From: Burkholderiales bacterium
GTDB taxonomy: Bacteria; Pseudomonadota; Gammaproteobacteria; Burkholderiales; SG8-39
Direction: 5' to 3'
NCBI GenBank assembly: GCA_036263315.1
Contig: DATAHF010000187.1
Location: 1-38,989, forward strand
Length of the DNA stretch: 38,989 bases
The translations under genes were made by a program, and so were the position numbers. The notes beneath the pieces were generated by a model. That model saw nothing but the letters and a program-made list of their open reading frames with translations. It had not been told where the DNA came from and did not search any database. Shown piece by piece: positions 16,330 to 23,998 of the stretch; the stretch's first letter is position 1, and each line of letters starts with the position of its first letter.

Positions 16330-16619
16330 CGACCCACCGAGTGTTGCAGGCCGCCGTCGCAACCGCCGCCGCGCTCCTGAGCGCGGCGGCGGTTCCGGCG
16401 CTCGCCGGCGAAGCCGCCACCACTGCGGGGCCGCCGAGCCCCTATGCCGTGACCTTCGAGCAGCTCGACAGCAACCGGGACGGCAAGCTCTCGTTCAGCG
16501 AGGCCTTCGCCAACCCCACGCTGAGCAACAACTTCAACCTGATCGACAGCAACGCGGACGGCTTCCTCAGCCTCGCGGAGATTCGCGCCGCCATCGGCGG
16601 GAGCGTGTTCGGCGGTTGA
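16326..16619 (+). CDS. Secreted EF-hand pair protein
   Basis: ATG overlaps the sodB stop (ATGA 16326-16329). Signal peptide ...AAALLSAAAVPALA|GE precedes canonical loops DSNRDGKLSFSE and DSNADGFLSLAE. Confidence 0.75.
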   Translation: MTTHRVLQAAVATAAALLSAAAVPALAGEAATTAGPPSPYAVTFEQLDSNRDGKLSFSEAFANPTLSNNFNLIDSNADGFLSLAEIRAAIGGSVFGG

Positions 16620-16631
16620 GCGGCGGCGGGG

Positions 16632-17534
16632 CTAGGGCTTGACCGGCGTCTGCGCCGGCAGCTTGAGTCGCCGGCGCTCCATCTCGGCGCGCACCAGGTC
16701 CGGGCGGTCGCTGATGATGCCGTCCACCGCCGCTTCGAGCATGCGCTCGATGTCGGCCGGCTCGTTCACCGTCCACACGACGACCTTCAGCCCGAGCTGG
16801 CGCGCCTTCCACAGCCGCTCCGGCGTGAGGGTGCGAAAGCTCGGCGACCAGATCGTGCCGCCGGCCGCCTTGATTCTGTCGAGCGTGTCCTCGGCGAGGC
16901 TGTTTCCCGTCAGATAGACCGTCGGAATCTCCGGCGCCTCGTCCTGCACCACCTTCAGCGTGCGCCAGTCGAAGGACTGGATCGTGGTGCGCTGCTGCAT
17001 TCCGGCCTTGCGCACTTCGGCGATGAGTGCGCGCGCGAACGCCTCGGGCGGCAGCGTCTCGTCGGGCGCCTGGGCGGAGGTCTTGGTCTCGATGTTGAAG
17101 CGCACCTCCTGGTTGCCGGACTTCGCCGCGAGCGCGAAGACATCGGCGAGCTTCGGGACGCGCGTGCCGTCGGCCGGGCGCTGGCCGGGCAGGGGCTTCG
17201 CATACTCGCTGCCGGGGCGAAGGCGGCCCACGTCGTAGCGCTCGAGTTCTGCGAAGGTGAGCGAGTGGATCGTCGGTGTCGGCTTCTCCACCCATTGGCC
17301 GTCCGGTCCGCGCGCAACGTCGGGGTTGAGCCGGCGGTCATGGTGGACGACGAGCACGCCGTCCTTGGTGATGCCGACGTCCATCTCGAGCGTGGAGACG
17401 CCGAGCGTCAATGCCGCCGCGAAAGCGGGAAGCGTGTTCTCGGGCGCAAGCCCGCGCGCGCCTCGATGGCCCTGCAGGTCGAATGCGAGGCATGGCGAAG
17501 CCCAGAGGGCGAGAATCAGGATTTTCTCAAGCAT
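16632..17534 (-). CDS. Glycerophosphodiester phosphodiesterase (GDPD family), secreted
   Basis: Signal peptide MLEKILILALWASPCLA, then HRGARGLAPENTLPAF and LEMDVGITKDGVLVVHHD. Confidence 0.9.
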   Translation of the reverse strand: MLEKILILALWASPCLAFDLQGHRGARGLAPENTLPAFAAALTLGVSTLEMDVGITKDGVLVVHHDRRLNPDVARGPDGQWVEKPTPTIHSLTFAELERYDVGRLRPGSEYAKPLPGQRPADGTRVPKLADVFALAAKSGNQEVRFNIETKTSAQAPDETLPPEAFARALIAEVRKAGMQQRTTIQSFDWRTLKVVQDEAPEIPTVYLTGNSLAEDTLDRIKAAGGTIWSPSFRTLTPERLWKARQLGLKVVVWTVNEPADIERMLEAAVDGIISDRPDLVRAEMERRRLKLPAQTPVKP

Positions 17535-18004
17535 GATTCAAGCAGCTCGAGCGCCCGCAATGCGAATACTTTCATGTTGGCCTCACGGTCCGGACTGCCG
17601 GTCTCGATCGCGAGCGAGGCCTCGAGCGGGCCGCTCACCGCGATGCAGGCGTGGCCGGGCGCATCGCCGTAGCGGTTGCCGGTCGGACCGCTCGCGCCCG
17701 TCTCCGCCAATCCCCAGGTCGCGCCGAGCCGCTCGCGGATTCGCCGGGCGGCAAGCCTTGCATAGGGCTCGCTCGCCGATCGGATGCCCCGCATTTCGTC
17801 TTTGCTTATGGAGAGAATTTTCTCGCGCGAAATTCCGGTATAGACAACGGCACCTCCAAGGTAATAGGCGGAGGCGCCTGGCACGGCAACAAGGGCCGCA
17901 TTGATGAGCCCGCCGGCCGAGGACTCGGACACGCCGATCGTCTGCTTGCGCGCCTTGAGGAGCTCGCCGACGCTCTGTCCGGCCTCTGCGAGGGAGGAGG
18001 GCAT
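17516..18004 (-). CDS. pncC: CinA-family nicotinamide-nucleotide amidohydrolase (PncC domain)
   Basis: 162 aa with IGVSESSAGGLINAAL..PGASAYYLGGAVVY..K and GLAETGASGP. Overlaps the downstream GDPD gene by 19 nt. Confidence 0.85.
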   Translation of the reverse strand: MPSSLAEAGQSVGELLKARKQTIGVSESSAGGLINAALVAVPGASAYYLGGAVVYTGISREKILSISKDEMRGIRSASEPYARLAARRIRERLGATWGLAETGASGPTGNRYGDAPGHACIAVSGPLEASLAIETGSPDREANMKVFALRALELLESCLRKS

Positions 18005-18024
18005 GGCGTGACTATACTTATCCC

Positions 18025-19005
18025 ATGGCGATCAGAAAATCGGGCCTGAAGCGCGCGGCCCCGAAAAAACGCCCGCGCAAGGCCAAGGCCGGAACCCGGG
18101 GGTTGCTGCCGCCGGAAACCGTTCTCGATCTTTCGGATAAAGCCATAGAAGAAGCCAAAAGCAGGATCGAAAGCGAAGGCGGGGTGGTGCTCGGGGGCTA
18201 TCACGACCCGCTCGGCAACAATCCGCTCCTTTTCGCCGTGCTGCCGATCGACAAGGTCGAGCCGACCCCCTTCCAGCGCGACGTCTCCGACATGCACCAC
18301 AAGCGCCTCGCGGACGTCATCCACCGCACCGGCCTTTTCCTCGATCCGATCATCGCCATCACCGCGCCCGGGAAAGGCTTCTGGACGCCGAACGGCGGGC
18401 ACCGGCTCGCGGCGATGCGGCGGCTCGGCGCGCGCTCGGTCACCGCGCTCCTCGTGCCCAAGCGCGAGGTGGCCTGGCAGATCCTCGCGCTGAACACCGA
18501 GAAAGCGCACAACCTCAAGGACAAGTCCCTCGAGGTGATCCGCATCTTCCGCAACCTGCTCGAAGAGGACGGCCGGCGCCCGGAGAAGCAGTTCGATTTC
18601 TACTTCGAGGAGGCCGCCTACATCACGCTCGGCCTTTGCTACGAGAAGAACGCGCGCTTCAGCGGCGCGGCTTATCGAGGAATCGTGCGGAGGCTGGAGT
18701 GGTTTTCAGATTCTTCTCTTTCTGATTCTTTAAAAACTCACAAAGATCACGCAGAACAGCTCATCGATCTCGATGAGAAGGTGGCCGGCGTCGTCGCGAA
18801 GCTGAAAGCGAAGGGCTTCGTCAGCCCCTACCTGAAGAGCTTCGTGGTGGCGCGCGTCAATCCGTTGCGCTTCATGCAGGGCGAGCCGCCGCCGCTCGAG
18901 AGCGTCCTGAAGACGATGCGCGAGCGGCTGGCGAAGTTCAACGTCGAGAAAATCAGGCAGGAGGACATCGCCAGCTCGGGCGGTCCTCCTGATGATTCGG
19001 ACTAA
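18025..19005 (+). CDS. ParB/sulfiredoxin-fold (ParB N-terminal domain) protein, orphan
   Basis: Basic tail MAIRKSGLKRAAPKKRPRKAKAGTRG. The ParB-N pattern follows: LPIDKVEPTPFQRD..HHKRLADVIHRTGLFLDPIIAI..WTPNGGHRLAAMRRLGARSVTALLV. Confidence 0.8.
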   Translation: MAIRKSGLKRAAPKKRPRKAKAGTRGLLPPETVLDLSDKAIEEAKSRIESEGGVVLGGYHDPLGNNPLLFAVLPIDKVEPTPFQRDVSDMHHKRLADVIHRTGLFLDPIIAITAPGKGFWTPNGGHRLAAMRRLGARSVTALLVPKREVAWQILALNTEKAHNLKDKSLEVIRIFRNLLEEDGRRPEKQFDFYFEEAAYITLGLCYEKNARFSGAAYRGIVRRLEWFSDSSLSDSLKTHKDHAEQLIDLDEKVAGVVAKLKAKGFVSPYLKSFVVARVNPLRFMQGEPPPLESVLKTMRERLAKFNVEKIRQEDIASSGGPPDDSD

Positions 19006-19038
19006 AACCCGGGGTCCCGCTTTCGCGGGAACGACGGC

Positions 19039-19926
19039 TCAACGCAGGTCGAGGATCCTCACCTGGCTTTGCACCAGGTCGGGGACGTAGACCATCGAGC
19101 CTTCCTTGGTCTTCAGCACGCAGAAATCCGCCGGCCCCTTGAAGCCGAGCGCGATCTTGTGCATGCCGTCCTTCTCGCTCCAGTAGAAGAGCGAGCCCGA
19201 GCTCCAGTCGGTGACGAGCAGCGAGCCGTCGTCCCTTTCGTAGGCGCCGTCCAGGCGCCCGATCGGGTCGCTGATGGGCCGGATCTGCCCGCTCACGCCG
19301 TAGACGTACATCGCGCGGTCGTTCGGGGGCGCGAAGCCGACCATCAGCACGCGGCCGTCGCGCAGGGGCCAAAGGCCGTTCGGGTTCACGCCCGCGCCCT
19401 TGAAGAGCGAGGTCACCTTCGGCGACTTGGCGTTGAGGAAATCGGCCGGCTCGACCTTGACGAGCTGGTCGCTGCGGTTGTCGGAGAGGATCACCGCGTT
19501 GTCCATCACGATCGGATCGTTCGCGAACACGACGCCGGGGAGCGCGAGCTTGCGGCCCTTCTTCGTGTTCAGGTCGAAGATCCACAGCGCGTCGATGTCG
19601 GTCACCCAGAGGCGGTCGCCCTGCACCCAGATGCCCTTGGGCTTGTTCATCGGGTCGCTCGCCGTGCCGGCGAGGAACTTCTGCTCCAGGATCTTTCCGT
19701 CCGTCGACACCTTGCTGATGTAGCCCATGCCGTCCTTCAGGCCCGGGTCGAGCTTGGGCGAGCCGAAGTTGCCGACGTAGAGCACCTTGCGCTTCGCGTC
19801 GCAGCCGACGGACTCCGGGTTGACGAAGCCGCCGACCGTCCTGTCGCCCGCGACGTGCGGCGGGCGCGCAAGCGCGGTGAGGCAGGTGAGCGCCGCGGCG
19901 GCGCAGACGAGTGTTTTTCCGAGCAT
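19039..19926 (-). CDS. Secreted beta-propeller protein (SMP-30/gluconolactonase/NHL-like)
   Basis: Track ORF 19039..20529 trimmed to ATG 19926 (MLGKTLVCAAAALTCLTALA signal peptide). Repeated blade-like segments include LYVGNFG, LWVTDID, DGSLLVTDWSSGSLFYW and VYVPD. Confidence 0.75.
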   Translation of the reverse strand: MLGKTLVCAAAALTCLTALARPPHVAGDRTVGGFVNPESVGCDAKRKVLYVGNFGSPKLDPGLKDGMGYISKVSTDGKILEQKFLAGTASDPMNKPKGIWVQGDRLWVTDIDALWIFDLNTKKGRKLALPGVVFANDPIVMDNAVILSDNRSDQLVKVEPADFLNAKSPKVTSLFKGAGVNPNGLWPLRDGRVLMVGFAPPNDRAMYVYGVSGQIRPISDPIGRLDGAYERDDGSLLVTDWSSGSLFYWSEKDGMHKIALGFKGPADFCVLKTKEGSMVYVPDLVQSQVRILDLR

Positions 19927-19949
19927 GGTCGAACTCCCTTTTGAGAAAT

Positions 19950-20303
19950 CTAGGATGTCCTGGCGGCGCGCTTGCAGCCGGCGTAGGTGGCGGGCGGATC
20001 GTAGAGCGTGGCGGCCTCGCCGCTCAGCTCGAGGAGCACCTTGCCCACGCCATAGGTCTCGCCCGAGCGCTTCTCGAGCCGGATCTCGCGGTCGGGGGCG
20101 ATCAGCCACACGGCGTTGTCGGGCAGGGCGCGCACCCAGAAGCTCTTGTTGCCCTCGCACTTGTATTCGGTGGCGTTCGCCGGCGCGCGGCTGAGCTCCG
20201 TGTCGCTCGAGCCGAAGGGCCACAGGCTCGAGACGCTGCAGCCGGCGAGGCAGACGGCGCCGAGCAGGAGGGTCGGGAGAGCCGGGGCTGGCAGGAAGCG
20301 CAT
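19950..20303 (-). CDS. Small lipoprotein (possibly MliC-like fold)
   Basis: Lipobox VCLAG|C. The ~95-aa mature part has a Cys pair (YKCEGN...YAGCKR). Lies 23 nt upstream of the propeller gene on the same strand. Confidence 0.65.
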   Translation of the reverse strand: MRFLPAPALPTLLLGAVCLAGCSVSSLWPFGSSDTELSRAPANATEYKCEGNKSFWVRALPDNAVWLIAPDREIRLEKRSGETYGVGKVLLELSGEAATLYDPPATYAGCKRAARTS

Positions 20304-20323
20304 CGGGCCGGTATGGTAACGCC

Positions 20324-21277
20324 ATGCGGCTCCTCCTCCTCGCGCTGGCGTGGGTCGTTTCGAGCCTCGCTCTTGCCCAGGACTGGCCCACCAAGACGGT
20401 GCGCCTCGTCATTCCGTTCTCGCCCGGCGGCAGCACCGATTTCCAGGGCCGGCTCCTCTGCGACTGGCTGACGCGCCACTTCGGCCAGTCCTTCGTCATC
20501 GACCACAAGCCCGGCGCGGGCAGCAACATCGGCGTGGCCGAGGTCGCGCGCAGCGCCCCGGACGGCTACACCCTGGGCTGGATCACCGTCGCCTCGCACG
20601 CGATCAACCCGACCTTGTACGCGAAGCTGCCTTTCGACCACCTGAAGGACTTCGCGCCCGTCTCGCTCACCGGCACGTTCCCGAATCTCCTGGTGGTCAA
20701 CAACAATTTCCCGGTCAAGACCGTTCCCGAGCTGATCGCGCATCTGAAAGCCAACCCCGGCAAGTTCTCGTTCGCGTCGTCGGGTCAGGGCACCTCGCTC
20801 CACCTTTCGGGCGAGATGTTCAAGCAGATGACGAAGACCGAGATGCTGCACATCCCCTACAAGGGCGGCGGCCCGGCGGTCGCCGACGTGATCGCGGGCG
20901 TGGTGCAGATGACCTTCGGCAACATGCCGACCGTGCTGCCGCACGCCCGCGCCGGACGGGTGCGAGCCGTCGCGGTCACCTCGAGCGAGCGCTGGTTCAG
21001 CGCGCCCGACATTCCCGCGATCGCCGAGACGGTGCCGGGCTTCCAGGCGATGTCCTGGCACGGGGTCGCGTTCCCGGCGGGCACGCCGCCGGCGATCGTC
21101 GAAAAGCTCTCCGCGGCGATCCGCGAGGCGATGGCGACCGACGAGATGAAGGACAAGTACGCGAGCGGCGGCTCGCGGGCGATCGCCAGCACCCCGGCCC
21201 AGTTCGCCGCCTTCATCAGGGAGGACACCGAGCGCTGGGCGCCGGTGATCCGCGCCTCGGGCGCGCGCGTGGAATAG
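20324..21277 (+). CDS. Tripartite tricarboxylate transporter substrate-binding protein (Bug/TctC family), orphan
   Basis: Signal peptide MRLLLLALAWVVSSLALA, then VRLVIPFSPGGSTD, DHKPGAGSNIG, APDGYTLG and PYKGGGPA. Confidence 0.92.
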   Translation: MRLLLLALAWVVSSLALAQDWPTKTVRLVIPFSPGGSTDFQGRLLCDWLTRHFGQSFVIDHKPGAGSNIGVAEVARSAPDGYTLGWITVASHAINPTLYAKLPFDHLKDFAPVSLTGTFPNLLVVNNNFPVKTVPELIAHLKANPGKFSFASSGQGTSLHLSGEMFKQMTKTEMLHIPYKGGGPAVADVIAGVVQMTFGNMPTVLPHARAGRVRAVAVTSSERWFSAPDIPAIAETVPGFQAMSWHGVAFPAGTPPAIVEKLSAAIREAMATDEMKDKYASGGSRAIASTPAQFAAFIREDTERWAPVIRASGARVE

Positions 21278-21282
21278 TCTTC

Positions 21283-21322
21283 GTAGTGGGCCTGCGACTG
21301 CGAGCGCCGCAGGCGCCACTAC
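21283..21322 (+). terminator. 14-bp bulged hairpin after the Bug gene (no U-tract)
   Basis: GTAGTGGGCCTGCG-N11-CGCAGGC(G)CCACTAC. Confidence 0.3.
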
Positions 21323-21378
21323 CGCGAATTCCCAATTTGCACTACAGAGCCCCCGGCGCCCCTTCGGTAAAAAGGGGC

Positions 21379-22254
21379 ATGCAAAAGGTCAAGCTTCTGC
21401 TGGTCGACGACGATCCCCGCAACCTGATCGCCCTCGAGGGCGCTCTCGCCAATGGCGCCTACGAGCTGCAGCTCGCGCACTCGGGGCGCGAGGCGCTCGA
21501 GCTCGCGCAAAAGCACGACTTCGCGGTGATCCTGCTCGACGTGCAGATGCCCGGCATGGACGGCTTCGAGGCGGCGAAGATGCTGCGGGCGCTGGCGAGC
21601 TGCCGCGACTGCGCCATCATTTTCGTGACCGCGCACTTCCCGGAGGAGGAATTCGTGCGGCGGGGCTACCAGGTCGGCGCCACCGACTACCTCGTCAAGC
21701 CGCTCGACCTGGAGGTGCTGCGCTCCAAGGTTTCGCTCTACAGCGCCTTCCAGCAGAAGAACGCGCTCCTGCGCGAGCGCGAGCAGCGCATCCGCGGCAT
21801 GGAGGAGCTGCTGCGCGCCGAGCGCAATCTGTCCGCCGTGCTGGAGACGCACCCGATCGGGATCCTGGTGGCCGACTCCGACGGCGAGGTGGTGCAGATC
21901 AACGGCGAAGTGTCCAAGGTCTGGGGCCAGGAGAAGGAGCCGGGCGCCGGCGTGCACGGCTGGTGGGACCACGACGACAAGCTGCTCGAGGCGGTGAACG
22001 CGCTCATGGCGCGGGTGCTGCGCACGGGCGAAACCTCGCGAAACGAGTTCACGCGGTATACGCGCGACGACGGCACCAGCAAGACCGTGCTCACCACCGC
22101 CTCCGCGCTTCGCAACCTCGACGGCACGGTGGTCGGCGTCGTGGTCGTCATCCAGGACCTCACCGAGCACACGCACATCGAGCAGGACATCGTGCAGCGC
22201 ATGTACCAGCTCGCCTCGATGCATCCGGAGCTCAAGCAGGCGATTCGACATTGA
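21379..22254 (+). CDS. Response regulator receiver domain fused to a PAS domain (no recognisable output domain)
   Basis: Receiver signatures LLVDDD, VILLDVQMPGMDG and YLVKP. A coiled linker follows, then a PAS-like segment (LSAVLETHPIGILVADSDGEVVQINGEVSKVWG...). Track ORF 20350..22254 trimmed to ATG 21379. Confidence 0.88.
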   Translation: MQKVKLLLVDDDPRNLIALEGALANGAYELQLAHSGREALELAQKHDFAVILLDVQMPGMDGFEAAKMLRALASCRDCAIIFVTAHFPEEEFVRRGYQVGATDYLVKPLDLEVLRSKVSLYSAFQQKNALLREREQRIRGMEELLRAERNLSAVLETHPIGILVADSDGEVVQINGEVSKVWGQEKEPGAGVHGWWDHDDKLLEAVNALMARVLRTGETSRNEFTRYTRDDGTSKTVLTTASALRNLDGTVVGVVVVIQDLTEHTHIEQDIVQRMYQLASMHPELKQAIRH

Positions 22255-22257
22255 GGA

Positions 22258-22279
22258 AATCGGGACCGTGGTCCCGATT
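22258..22279 (+). terminator. 10-bp hairpin directly after the regulator stop; first of five consecutive hairpins
   Basis: AATCGGGACC-GT-GGTCCCGATT, with no U-tract. Confidence 0.35.
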
Positions 22280-22375
22280 CGCCCTTCGGCGACAGGTCGC
22301 TAAGCGAAACTGTCGCGCCGGACAGGGCGCTGCAAGCCCGCAGCAAACTTGCCGCGCGACAATCCGGCGCTCACC

Positions 22376-23734
22376 ATGAGCCACGTTTTTTCCCGGTCGG
22401 ACCCGAAGGCTTTCGTCGCCTCAGGCGTCCGCGACCTGTGGGACGCGCTGCTGATCGTCGCGATCTTCGCCGGCCTCGGCGTGCTCGCCTGGATGGCGCT
22501 CGGCACGACGCTGCTGCGGCCGCTGCTCGAGATGGCCGAGCGCGAGCAATGGAGCAGCCTCTGGGTGCGTCCGACGGTGATCTGGGTCGCGATGGGCCTC
22601 GTGCTCCTGCTGCTGCGCACGCTGCTCTGGCTTTTCTACCGGCCGCGCGCGGCCGCCTCGATGGAGGATGCGCCGGCGCTCTCGGTGATCATCCCGGCCT
22701 ACAACGAGGGCGAAATGGTGGCGCGCAGCATCGAGTCGGTCGCGCTGGCGCGCTACCCTGCCGGGCGCCTGGAGATCCTCGCCATCGACGACGGCAGCAA
22801 GGACGGCGGCGCGACCTGGCGGCACATCGAGGCGGCGGCGCGGCGCTTCCCGGCGCTCGTCACCGCGATCCGGCTTGCCGAGAACCGCGGCAAGCGCGGC
22901 GCGCTCGCCGAGGGCTTCCGGCGCGCGCGCGGCGAGATCTTCCTCACGGTCGATTCCGACAGCGTGATCGAGCGCGACGCGCTGCTCGCCGCGGCGGGCC
23001 CGTTCCGCGATCCGAAGATCGGCGCAGTCGCCGGCAAGGTCGTGGTCTACAACCGCGCGCAGGGGCTCATCCCGCGCATGCTGCACGTGCGCTTCGTTCT
23101 CTCCTTCGACTTCCTGCGCAGCGCGCAATCGATGTTCCGCACCGTGTACTGCTGCCCCGGCGCCTTCGCCGTGTACCGCGCCGAGGTGGTCCGCCGCGTC
23201 CTTGCCTCGTGGGAAGGGCAGACCTTCTTCGGCGTGCCCTGCACCTATGGCGAAGACCGCGCGCTCACCAACGAGATCCTGCGCGCGGGCTACGACACCG
23301 TTTACCAGCGCACCGCGGTCGTGCGCACCATCGTGCCGACCACGTACAAGCAGCTCTGCCGCATGTACCTGCGCTGGGACCGCAGCTACATCCGCGAGGA
23401 GATGCGCTTCTCGAGGATCGTGTGGCGCCGGCCGCTCGGCTCGCGCCTGCTCGCGCTCTACGAGAGCGGCATCACCAACCTGCGCTATCCGATCGCCTAC
23501 TCGGCGATGGCGCTGTGGTTCGTGAACGGCCTCTCCGATCCGGCCTCGCTCCTGCGCATGCTGGTCGCGATCATGGCGGTGTCCACGGTCTACACGCTCT
23601 ACTACCTGCGCAGCGAGCGCTCGTGGGATTTCGTCTTCGGGATCCTGTACGGCTATTTCGCCTTCTTCGCGCTGAGCTGGATCTTCCTTTACGCCGCCGC
23701 CACCTTGCGCGCGAGGGGCTGGCTGACCCGGTGA
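22376..23734 (+). CDS. Membrane-integrated family-2 glycosyltransferase, NodC/chitin-/hyaluronan-synthase-like (processive)
   Basis: N- and C-terminal TM helices. Motifs: VIIPAYNEG, AIDDGSKDG, TVDSDS, GEDRALTNEIL and YLRWDRSYIRE (RW of QxxRW retained). ATG 22376 is preferred over the TTG 22349 used by the track. Confidence 0.88.
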   Translation: MSHVFSRSDPKAFVASGVRDLWDALLIVAIFAGLGVLAWMALGTTLLRPLLEMAEREQWSSLWVRPTVIWVAMGLVLLLLRTLLWLFYRPRAAASMEDAPALSVIIPAYNEGEMVARSIESVALARYPAGRLEILAIDDGSKDGGATWRHIEAAARRFPALVTAIRLAENRGKRGALAEGFRRARGEIFLTVDSDSVIERDALLAAAGPFRDPKIGAVAGKVVVYNRAQGLIPRMLHVRFVLSFDFLRSAQSMFRTVYCCPGAFAVYRAEVVRRVLASWEGQTFFGVPCTYGEDRALTNEILRAGYDTVYQRTAVVRTIVPTTYKQLCRMYLRWDRSYIREEMRFSRIVWRRPLGSRLLALYESGITNLRYPIAYSAMALWFVNGLSDPASLLRMLVAIMAVSTVYTLYYLRSERSWDFVFGILYGYFAFFALSWIFLYAAATLRARGWLTR

Positions 23735-23797
23735 TCCGGCTGTCGCGGTTGCAGCTACAGACTGTCCGGTAATTCACGACTATCCTGTTCGGCTCCC

Positions 23798-23998
23798 ATG
23801 GCGCCCGAGCAGAAAGAGAGGCTTCTTGCCCGCGCCGTCAAGCGGCGCCGGGAGCAGGAGCGTGCCGAGATTTTCGCCCGCAGCATGCGGTTGATCGCCG
23901 AGGCGCAGGTGCTCCGCGCGAAAGCGCTCGACCTGCAGGACCAGGCCGCCGCGCTCATCGCGAACTACAAGCGCGACCTGAACGGCGGCGATTCCTAA
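23798..23998 (+). CDS. Small coiled-coil hypothetical protein (66 aa)
   Basis: ATG start and strongly GC3-biased codons. Helical heptad-like sequence. Its stop overlaps the convergent reductase gene by 4 nt. No family recognised. Confidence 0.45.
   Translation: MAPEQKERLLARAVKRRREQERAEIFARSMRLIAEAQVLRAKALDLQDQAAALIANYKRDLNGGDS

Noticed and set aside
18690-18760. Local AT-rich patch with short direct repeats (CAGATTCTT/CTGATTCTT) inside the ParB-like gene, considered as an insertion scar or mobile-element remnant
   Set aside because: The reading frame is uninterrupted and the patch encodes a Ser/Asp-rich linker. There are no terminal inverted repeats or target-site duplication.
20102-22251. 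Long minus-strand ORFs (20102..21319, 21319..22251) opposite the Bug and receiver-PAS genes
   Set aside because: They are shadow ORFs. The plus-strand frames carry unmistakable Bug-family and receiver-domain motifs.
22255-22375. Structured leader upstream of the glycosyltransferase, considered as a c-di-GMP or other known riboswitch
   Set aside because: I could not match it to the conserved cores of GEMM-I/II or any other riboswitch class I know. GC-rich DNA forms many fortuitous hairpins. It is kept only as a low-weight part of the regulator/synthase finding.
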